A stretch of 58,863 nucleotides of DNA, filler included, from Streblomastix strix (Eukaryota), in assembly GCA_008636045.1 (NCBI GenBank). It is 3 parts of 3 records of this genome, joined end to end, with 100 filler letters (N's around TTAATTAATTAA, not from the genome) between each part and the next. Parts side by side here need not be neighbours in the genome. Positions count along the whole stretch, not along the records: positions 1 to 19,582 come from SNRW01000505.1; positions 19,683 to 39,234 come from SNRW01000506.1; 1 more part is not named here. One strand, written 5' to 3'. The position numbers were made by a program, and so were the translations under genes. Position 1 is the stretch's first letter. Each line of letters starts with the position of its first letter. The notes below the pieces were generated by a model. It was not told where the DNA came from. It made no database searches and saw only the letters and a program-made list of their open reading frames with translations. Shown one piece after another: positions 13,741-24,882 of this stretch.

Positions 13741-15110
13741 ATGTCATTCATTGCAAGCGATTACCTATATAGACTGTCCAAAATGCAACACTCTGATTAC
13801 ATTTATGGATTCCTGCTATTATACGATGTACTAAAAGCATTATAAATTCATGCCAAATCTTTTTTTAGTGTCTAAACGATATTTTTTTTTGATTAGCCTT
13901 TAAATTTGTTTACGTCATCAGATGTTTGATATACTTGTGCTCCACTAATTGCAAGAGGAAGAACAATTTATTCAATGATATAAACTTGTTAAGTTTAATT
14001 CGACTATTGCAATTCCTGCAAATATATTAGCCAGATAACTAAACAGATGTGTAACTAGAGGAGTTACTGACGATCTCTTAAAAGGAAGAGTTAATTTTAA
14101 TGCAAATACTGACCCCATAACAGATTCCGCGAATATGGCATAAATCAATCAATTTTATTATGGTAAAACTGCTGATGGCCCTTCAAATAGCGAACCCCTG
14201 AAGTTTTGGCTAGGTTTCTGAACAGCTCGTGGACCCCTTAATTAGTTTACAATTCTATGAGATGCATAAAATTTGTGGATTACAGCAATGTATGCAAGAA
14301 AGAAGGCAGTTATTTGTTTAAATTCATTAACAGATTTCTTCCTTAATAACTCTTTCAGTGTCTACTCACTCAAGAGTATCATTGCTGGGAAACGTCATTG
14401 TGGTATATTTATTGATTCGCTACTTAGTAATATAGATAAAGATGCAAGTGGAGATATCACAATTATTTATACGATTCCATATGATATAATATTTAGCGCT
14501 GTTTTAGATTTGAGCTAATTGAATCCGATTTATAAGTCATTCTCGGTACTGACAAAAGAATATGCATCTTTATATTTCCAACTATATGTATAGGATTTCC
14601 TTTAATATTTAAAAATAATATGGCTTAACAAAACAGATATTATGTAAAATCGTCATCTGGCATATGTAATGATTCCACCGGAGAAACCAGACATTGTTTT
14701 TCTATTAAATTGAAAAGAAGATTCTCCACAAAAATATTCATAGTATGCCGTTAGGCTAGTAAATATGTAAAATGTTGCGAATAATGCAACAGTACCACAA
14801 AATTCCATTAGTCAAATATCAGATTCTAAATTTTGAAGAACAAGAAATAAAAAATGTCTATTGATATTGAAACTGAAGAAGAAATTGTTATTATTACAAA
14901 CTCTTAAAGTGTAATTAATTTTCCTGCACAAATCATAAGGTCTAAATTTTCAAAGTTTTCGTTCGGTATTTTTAAGCTGAATCTGAAAGTATGCAAAGTA
15001 TTTCGTCAATTGCCAATATAAATGAATGTCAATATTTTGTCGAAAAAAAATCTGGTTACTTTATTTATTTATATAAGTCCAGCAAATATTCAAAATTATT
15101 CTTATATTTC
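13741..15110 (+). pseudogene. Putative major capsid protein, 3'-truncated
   Basis: Long intronless beta-rich remnant (MSFIASDYLYRLSK...LDLSQLNPIYKSF...YASLYFQLYVQDFLQ...VINFPAQIIRS) next to the ATPase, fibre and pVI-like genes. The capsid identity is inferred from context and composition. Confidence 0.45.
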
Positions 15111-15599
15111 TCACCACAATAACAAAAAAAATTATGTCTATCGTCTTATTCTAAGTAAATATGAGTTAAATAATTAGATACTAAAATAAAATTCAATATA
15201 TTGCTTGAAGAATTTTTATTATGAATCTTAGTTCTAAATTTTTAATTTTTTTTCACATTTAAATTAATTAATATTTTAATAAAAACCATTCAAATGATAT
15301 CCAAAAAAAGAAGTTCTCGGTTAAGAAAGAATGATTTTTTGCAACGACAAACCAATTATTATTATTGCGTAGAAAAACAATTAGTTTAAATGGATTTTAC
15401 TCATATCCTGAAATCCATTACCATATTAATATATAATGTTTATACTTATATACAAAAATAAAAAAAAATTATTAAATAAAATTCTAATTAATTTCAGATA
15501 TACAAATTTTATATAACAATTTACATATTTTGAACTATTATCATTAAATATTTTTATTATTCAAAGAAACAATCGTTCTTTAATAGTCATCGAATGAAG

Positions 15600-17725
15600 A
15601 GGAACTAATATCTCATCATAGAAGGTTTTGGAACTAAATGATTTTTCAGCAAGAAAAACGTGAAAATCCAATCGTTTCTCTGGATTTGAAACTACCAAGG
15701 CTGTCTAATTCGGCCTCGATTTGAATTGGAATACACAAACTCGGCAAATAGGCCCGATCGAACAAAACTTCAAAAAGAAGATATATTCGCGTCTAAATGC
15801 TAACAGGCGATCACCTCGACAGTGATGATCAAAATAAACAGTTGAATCATAGGAACGAGCGGTCTAGCTCAAGATAACGTGCAGGAAACGATATAGACCA
15901 GATTCCATCATTCATGCACGCTTTTTTGGGGAGACCTCTTAACTTACCTGCGGATCAATACTTGCAACAACAATTTGACGTGAACTCGCAATTGTATGAA
16001 CAGTACTACATGAAAAAAGCCATAGATTTAGATCAAATTGGGATGATGGCCACGAAACACGAACAGGTGCTTCAATTATAGGATGAGAATGAGTTGATGG
16101 GTCAAAAACTAAATAAATCTGGGGTATATTCTAGTTCTGAAAAAGGTGATGGCAGCACAGAAACGAAAACTTCTTAATTCGCGATATTAGTTTGAAGAGC
16201 GAGAGTCGCATGTTCGGTTTCCATGATACAAGAGGACCCAGTTGCAGTGCAAAGATTTTTCCTTACTATCCACCATGCCGCGAGAATCATAGCAGGCGAT
16301 GCTCTACACAGATGCAAATTATTCTTCGCAAACAAAAAAAATCTAAAAGAGTCTATGGCGAAAATGTTGACGCCTTCAATATTCACGGGAAGCAATCAAA
16401 GGATACGATCAAGGAACAAGTACAAATCAACAAAGACATATAACCTCCTCCAGCAACACTGACTCCCGTAAACCAGTTAACTCAACCTGAAATCAACCAG
16501 GAACAAAAACAGATCTAGACGTAGCCCTCAAACTCCGTCTAATTCCTAGTACCAAACAGTTACGGAAGTTAATAAAGATATATAATTCCCAACCAATAAG
16601 CAAGAGCAGCATTCTTTTCCTAATATTTTGGACTCTGTAAAGAACTTTCCAAAAGAAATAGCTATGGTATCCCTCAATACGGTGACCAATAACAATATCA
16701 ATTCCCCATGAAAAACTTCTTTTAACAGACATATCCTCCATCACAATTTCAATATCACCAGATGCAACCATTAGAAACACAATCTGCACCATATGCACCT
16801 CAGCAAATGATGTTCAATCCAAATATTCAAACATTTTAATGGTTTATACCTCATTGTACTTTCATATATTAATAGTAGCCTCAATTTTTCTCACAATATG
16901 ATATTATTATCCCATCTGCAGTCTCGAAATAGCCATGATTAACAGGAGTGTTTGAGAGAAACGCTGAGATAGAGCAGAATGATATAGACTCAGCCGATAG
17001 TGATCTAGAACACTCTAAGTGAGTTATAATCACATCACAATTCGAGCGAAGGTACGGATACCTGCAATCAAAAGGATCCAATTGGACTTGAAAAAGCGGA
17101 TCTTGATAATGTGCCTGTTCCAGATTGACTGCCAACAAGAGTAAAATTTTAGAGTAAGAAAGAGTCAACATTAGCTATAACAGATGAAGTACGTTCTAAC
17201 TTGATTTCACTAGAAGAACTTCATTTGTTAGAATCAATATAACTTAGCAAACAATATCATGGAATCTCCTTTCAGAAGATATAATACCAGAAACAGCTGG
17301 ATAAAGAGATTTTTTATGGAGTAGTTGTAGAAACTAACAATATCAGAGTACTGAATTCAACCTTAATAGTTTCTCGACCAGACGGTAAATTAAGAAAAAT
17401 TCTGGATTGTAGAGCATACAATAGCATAATTCGACTAAATATGTTCAATATGGATGGAGTAGAACACAATAAACAAATCCTAGGATGTGGAGACTCCGCT
17501 TAACAGACTTCGCTTGAGAGGTGATTATTCAATCAATGAGTAGATCATCTAGTTTGCAATGAACTCCTTCAAATTTATACCTCAACTCGATCTCTTCGCG
17601 AATCGAATAAATAGAAGATGTCTCAGATATTACTCAATATTGCTGGGCCGAGACGCAGAAGGAAAGTGAGGGGCATTCACAGTGGAGTGGGCAAGTAAAA
17701 GTTTCCTCTTACACCTTTTCAAAGT
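15600..17725 (+). mobile_element. DIRS-type retrotransposon remnant, internally deleted (gag, RT N-terminus, MT domain)
   Basis: GC-richer block. NSTLIVSRPDGKLRKILDCR...FNMDG (17351-17460) runs straight into GDYSI...LDLFANRINRRCLRYYS...GAFTVEW...LLH (17520-17715). Confidence 0.75.
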
Positions 17726-19582
17726 TTATCTGTAATAATTTATAAATAAATATTATAATGTAGTTTATTTTGAAATAACATTGATAAAATTTTTATAAAT
17801 TTATTAATTAATATTAATTTTGAAATTTTTTAGCTAATTATTCAATAAAATTTCATATTTAATAAATATTCACTTTCAAACTTGATACTGAAATGCAATT
17901 TTTACTAATTGTAGCATGTTTAAAATGTAAGATAATCAAAAAGAATTAATAAAGATTAAAATTAAAATTTGAAAATCTATTTCAAATATAAATATTTCAA
18001 ATATTTAAACTTAAATCTCATTACAGTTTCTCCAAAATATAATAAGATAATAACTTCTTCTATTGAAATATTTCTTATTAAATACAGAAAATGAATAAAA
18101 TTTAATTTTTTATTTTAATTTTATTAAAGACTATATTAATAAACCATTAAATTTTTCTATTGAAAACAAAAAATCTTTAATAGTTATTTTTTTGCTATTT
18201 TTTACCTTTTTAATTAATATTTCCCATAAATATACCAACAATTCAGACATTAACGTTAATATTAAATATAATTGTAAAATAAGTAAATTATTGTAAAAAA
18301 TACTTAATAATACATAGGATTATTTTTAAAATGAATAATAAAAAATCGAACTAATTAATAAAAATCATATAATTATGAAATTCATGAAATTCAGTATAAA
18401 TATCAGCTTCAACAATTACTATACAGTAGAACTCGGTTAATTTGCAAGGTTATTTTTTCTGAAAATGTGAATCTGAATTAAACTTAATTTGTATTTTCTA
18501 TTTAATTTTGAAATATTTTTCCAAAAAATATCATTTTATCTAAAACTTTTTAAAAAATAATTTAGATATGGCAGTTGATTTTATTAAAAAATTAAATAAT
18601 ACATTTAAATATTTAGATTAATTCAAAATGATTGAACCAATATAATAAATTATAAATATTATAATCTTGCAGCTCAGGATCTGCAATTTATAAGATTATT
18701 TCTCTTTGATTCTTATCTTTTTACGGTTTAAACTTTGGATGTTAAATAATGATACTTTTAGCACTTTGAGCAGTTCTGCATCGAAATCTTGAGAAATCAT
18801 TATAAGTAAAATTCTAATTCTAAGATTTTTCATTGAAATTCTTTAAAATAATAGTAATAAATTTGAAATTTATATAGATAATAAGTTACAAATAAAAATT
18901 CGATCTCAAATATTAGCACTTCAGTTGAGTCTCGATAAACATTTAAAATTTCATCATTTTTTTACTCTGAATGCTAACAATTCAGTGCATATATTAAATT
19001 GGCACTTGAAATGGAAATATTCGAGAAAAAAATAGATGATAAGTAAAAAAAATTGCATTTGAAGTTTTTATTCTATGAATTTGTACTCAAAAAATTTAAA
19101 TATATTTTACGTATCAAAATTTATTAATATTACAATAAATATATAAATAAAAATATATACATTTTAAAAATTTATAATAAATTAGTATATTTATCAATTG
19201 AAAATTAACAAATTTAAATGAATAATTTAATAATCGCCGAATTATAAATAATTTGACGATGAATTTTTTGGCACTGCAATTGATGATTTGACTGATATAA
19301 TCTGTACTAGAAATTACCAATAAATGGACTTAAAATTTGTATGTCAGCGAGTTTGATCAACTTATCACAATTCGTTTTGTAATACAAATTTTATAAATCT
19401 ATGTACTTAATAGAATAAAAGTCTCTGATAGGTTAATTTATTCGGTTTCAGATAGGGTCACTGTAGATTATAGTATTTTCAGGCAATTCAGGAACCTCTT
19501 GATTTCCATAAGTAAGAAGAATTATATAGTAAAAATATGGAATAATAAACTAGATCAAAATATAAGAGGGGACTTTTTACCA

Positions 19583-19682
19583 NNNNNNNNNNNNNNNNNN
19601 NNNNNNNNNNNNNNNNNNNNNNNNNNTTAATTAATTAANNNNNNNNNNNNNNNNNNNNNNNNNNNNNNNNNNNNNNNNNNNN
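19583..19682. other. Artificial contig-join linker
   Basis: 44 N + TTAATTAATTAA + 44 N (six-frame stop spacer). Confidence 0.95.
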
Positions 19683-20751
19683 ATTGCATTTCAGCCGAAA
19701 TCCTTTCGTATTAGCAATTTAACTTGGGTTATTATCAGAAAAAGTTCAAATTAACGTGTTTAACCAGTTGTTAAATGAGAATTGAAGAGTGCAGTTACAT
19801 ACTCATCAAACTGGACTTTCGAATTTGACCAAAAAACTTGACGATTTACAAAAACACAAAACAGACTGTAAGACATTTTTATTTTTAAAATGTCACCAAG
19901 CAACTCCGTGTATGTCATACTTAAAATTAAATGTCACACTTTTCCACCCCTAGAAAATTGAATTACAAACTAATTACAACTTTCAATTTTGTGAAATGAA
20001 ACTATTTTAATTTTTCAAAATAATAGTTTGCTTAATTCTAGTTCGTCCATCAATTCAAAATATTAAAAACGCTCTAGTCAAGGAGAAACTCCACATTCAA
20101 AGTAAAAATGAGGTAATGTGAATTTAAAGATTCAACCATATAAGTTTGATTAGTTATTTGCAAACACAGAATATTTTAATAAATAACAATGTTCAATTTG
20201 TTAATGTGTTATTTTAAAATGTCTATTTGATGGTCAAATTAAATTGAATAATGTAAACAAAGTATTAGAAAAAATAAAAGAATAGAGTACCAATTTAAAT
20301 AGAGAAGTATATTAGAAAAAAGACTAGTTTAAATATCATTATTAAAATAGTATAAATTAATAATAAATTATAATTTTGAGTGAATAAAATAAAATAAATA
20401 CCAAGTATTGCATAGAATTCTAACGAATAAAAAAGTATTTCGGTTGATTATTATTAATTTGAAATTAAAATGACTATTTTAAAAGGAATATATCAATTAT
20501 TAAAAAAAAATCTTAATAAAAATAAATTATTACTAGTTAAAATAACTATTTTTTAAAATAAATTATATTGATTTAATATTTCTATATAAAATAAAATTTA
20601 ATATTAATAATGGTTTAGCAATCAATATAATAATAAATTACAGTTATAAAATATGAATTAACACTATTACAACATAATTAAAAAAATATTGATTAAATTA
20701 ATATCAACATATTCATAATCAGAATAGACGGTACTAATGACGATATTGATA

Positions 20752-23700
20752 TCAAAGTATGCTACAACATGAATTATTAACTTATTAGCTCATCTCAATA
20801 TCATCACTGTTGTACAAAATTGGTGTTTATGTGTTGTGTTTAGTGAGTGAATTATTATTTTGAATGGTTTAATCGCCCAAATTGTTTCCCGATAACTTTT
20901 CTTTTTAGTTCAATAATTATTCATTGATATTTTCTTTCGTTTTTTCTCTATCTTACTCTTTTCCTTTACTTAATTCATTATTGCCCTTATTATCACCAAC
21001 TTCAATCTCCCAAGCATTATCAGTCAATATTTATGGAGATGATTTCTCATTAATATTCAAATGTGGAGTCAATTTTTCGCTATAATTCGACAGAGGTGAA
21101 ATTAAGTTATTTGAGGATTAATTGGATATTAAATATTCTTCTGAACTGGCCGTAGAGTTGATATCTTCTTAAAGAGTCTATGAATATTACTTTAATAATA
21201 TAACTTATTGTGTAGAAGTGTTCTGATACTGAATGGTAATATTTTATAAGTCTGTTATATTTACAGTGTTGTGAATTGATTGTTCTATTAACATGTTAAA
21301 ATTCATATGGTCTGAGTTTAGTAATAAATTCTTCTCGTTATATAATGAATTATTAGAACTTGATTTATCTAATTCTTCTTTCTGATGGATAGAGAATGGT
21401 GAAATGATATTATCTACTTCGTCCAAGTCATGAGTTTATTAATCTTTATTTCTTTCCAATATTTAATTAGATTCATTAGTTCTTTGATCCTATTATATAA
21501 GTTTCGCTGAAAAAGTCTATCCTATATTTATCTAATTATATTATTCTATATTACTATCTTAATCTTCATTCTATGTATATTCATCTTCATCTTCATCTTC
21601 ATCACCATCATAATCTTAATCTTAATACTGTAATGAAAGCGATGAACGTTTTAATGATTTTTTTGCTTAAGAACGATTGAATTTTGAACTTTTCCTTTTA
21701 TTTTTCTTATCTAATTAATTATCGCTATCCTAAAATTCAATATCATTGCAACTATCCTGATCCCCATCATTATTATTTTCTTTATCATAACTAAACTAAC
21801 TGTTTTCTTCACTGTGGTCCCTGTTGTATCTCATCATGTCCTACTTTGATCCATCAGTAAGACTCCACTAAATCAGCTCCTGCGATAATTCAGCACAAAT
21901 CGGAGTTTTGGGAATTGTCTCAAGTTCAACCTGTGACGAGAAGATAAGCGCCTGCGGTTACTTGGTGATCTTCATGTTCGCGATGAGCGTCTTGTAAGCG
22001 CGAGTCTGACCGACTTCGTTGCGAATGACTTCGTTTATTGGGTGAACTTCTTATTCCAGGAGTTGTGGGTTTATTTATCTCTCTTTTGGTATAGTACTTG
22101 GTTGGTAAATAACATTTGAGTTAGTTTTGGGCGATCCTTCAATTGGTGTGTGAAATAATGAAGAATTTGTAGGGGAAAGTGTTTATGGCGAATATAATGG
22201 AGAATTCTGCTGTTGAAATTCTAATAACGGTGGTGAATATAAATTGCTTTCAATCTCAATTTCGAGATTATTTTTTGTTTATCGTGTTTATTTTTCTTAT
22301 TATTCCTATAAATCTTGTTCTTCATCATTTCTAAACCTCATAATTACATTAGTTGTTTCGTCCTGATTTGTTAAGTCAAATGTTTCGATTAATTCATTTT
22401 CCTTACTTTCTGTATTTGAATTAACAAACTAAGCCCAGTTATTATCATTGACTTTTTCTTCTTTCTTATTCATTTCGTTCATGAATTGCTCAATGAAATT
22501 ATTCTTTGTTTGTTGTTATGAGCTTTAATCTTAAGTATTATTATTATCATTAGTAGTGTTTGGATCCAATCCAACAAGTGCATCCAGTAGTGTAAGTAAT
22601 TCCTGTACAGTGCTTATTCCTTCTTTATGATCATTCTTGGACCTTTAAGTGCTTTATTACATGTTTGATTAAGAATCTTATTAACTTTTCTAATCAATTA
22701 ACGATGTCATATCGAAATTAGAATGAAATGGAGTATGTAATGGAGAATATGATACTAATGCTGATGGTGCTTTATCAGATAATTCATTGTTAAAATGATA
22801 TGATTTAACAGCGCGAATGTACGAAGTGTGATTCTTTTATTGTTATTAATTATAGATCTGATTATATTTCTTTTTTAATCTGTATATTATATTTAACGAG
22901 TTTAATTTGATACTCTGCTGGTTAGGAGAAAGAATTTATTGTTTCTATTCACTAATCTCTTAATTTAATTGAAAAAATTTTTCTTCGAAGTCTTTTTAAT
23001 TCTAAGCTTTGATTTAATGCTTCTCATTTTCAAGTTATTACAATTTCGTATGAATCTTCTGCTGAACTTTACTCTAATGCTTCATTATATGTTCTCTTTC
23101 GTTATCCATCTCCAATTCCCATTCAAATGGATCATTCAGATCAATTTCATTTTCTTCAGCTGCTTATTTTAATAAGAAAGTGAGATATTGATAATCTGGA
23201 ACTGTTGTGTAATCGAGTGAAATGATGTATAATTCAAATTCAATGAATTGTTTGGGAAGTCTTTTCAGAAGTTTAAGACCGTGATAAATAAATTTTGATG
23301 CTTCAATTTTTTACTAAAGTAATGAAGATAATAAAAAATAGAAAGTAATAATGTTTATAAAAATTAAATAATTTAAAAACAGAATATTATAATAATAAAT
23401 ATCATACTATATCATCTTTATCCGACCAAGGTAGCCCTCCATTATAGAACTCAACCATTATGTATAATAAACTCATAAGATCATCATTTCTTCCGAGTTC
23501 AACAGAATTATGCGCATTTAATGAAGCATATAACAATGATCCTCGGAAATTCGCTTTATTTGTTGGCTATTATTGAAAAAAAATAATAATAAATTTGTAT
23601 TAAATCGATAAAATGGATGAAATATATACTTTTGTAATCACTCCATTGCGTTCATAGATTTTTTTATAAGTCCCAAAATCTGTTAGATAGAAAGTGCCTG

Positions 23701-24330
23701 ACGTTTCTTGTGAATTCCCAATCAAGAAATTGCCCTATATTAAATCATAATTATATCCAAAATATAATAATTGATTAAAATGAATGCTGGTTGCACACAG
23801 GTTTGATATCTCTATGAACAAATCCTTTACTATGCACAACTTGAAGGGCTTCAATTGCTTATATTCCAAACTTCAATATTGAATGAAGACTAAATTTATT
23901 TGGTTTTTTGTAATTAACCAAATCTCTGTGATGTAAAAAATATAGAAATTATGAGTAAAATGAATGAATAGTCATTATACATCATATTTGGACCAAGAAA
24001 TTCTTCAGCCAGAAATTTGTAATTCTTGTGCTAGCCGTAAAGAAAGAATTATGGAATATGAATCTGGTTAGCTAAAAATATACCAAATAAATTAAATAAA
24101 ATTTGGTATACAAGTGAATAAATGATACCTAAGATCTTAAGAATGGCAGATTCTATGCAAACTGAAGTTTAATATTAAGCATCTTTCTCAAATTTTATTG
24201 CAACCAGTTTGAATTATGTATCAATAGCACAGAAAATCATTCGGTCTATACCAAGAGCAATGCATCTAATCAATTTATAGTGATCATTTATGATTTCGCC
24301 AATAGCAATAGTATTATCTTCTAAGGCCAT
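20752..24330 (-). CDS. CK1-group, tau-tubulin-kinase-like Ser/Thr kinase with a long low-complexity tail, 5 introns
   Basis: VAIKFE, FLGPN, GFVHRDIKP/GNFLIG, DFG, FRGSLLYASLNAH, ELGRNDDL, LPW. The final exon is in one frame to ...SCCSIL-TGA (20752-20754). Confidence 0.88.
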
Positions 24331-24882
24331 CAATTGCTGAGGAAAATAAACAAAAGAAAATGTGAAATAAAATTCAGAAAATGGCGTGTATGATGATAAA
24401 AATATATCTTTTAATAGGCAATCAGTATGTTAAATAAAATTTATTTTTGAAATTATAAATGAATTAAGATTAATTTACTATATTGAAGGAGAAAAAAGAT
24501 GTTTTTTGTAAATAATTTAATAGTTAAAACAAAAATGAAAGATATTATACGAAAAACATTTAATTTAATTGATCTTTAAATTGTAATTATTAAATACTTG
24601 CAGAACAAGAACATTGATCTGTGGTGAAAAAATAAAAATCGGAATTAAAAACTAGTATTAGAATTGTTTCTCAATTGTTTAATATTTGCAACAATCGTTG
24701 AATTATATTTTATACAACAATTTAATAATTTTCATTGATACTTAATGTTTGAAAACTCAAGGAAAATGATGAAAAATTCATTTTACAAATTTCCACTTAA
24801 CTAACGAACTGAAAATTGTAATTTAATAAATTATTGTTTGAAAATTTAATAATATATTGTTTTAACTTATCTATAGAATTAA

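Larger units (their letters stand above)
9380..15110. mobile_element. Decayed endogenous Polinton-like virus / adintovirus-like element (virion morphogenesis module)
   Basis: Tightly packed intronless ORF remnants: packaging ATPase, fibre-like protein, pVI-like peptide and putative capsid. All carry stops, frameshifts or lost starts. Termini not identified. Confidence 0.75.

Noticed and set aside
19627..19638. Palindrome TTAATTAATTAA within N runs (also 39279-39290)
   Set aside because: Synthetic contig spacer. Synteny across these joins is not biological.
19920..19970. TTTTCCACCCCTA similar to 4190-4204, a possible shared transposon end
   Set aside because: Too short and AT-rich to support.
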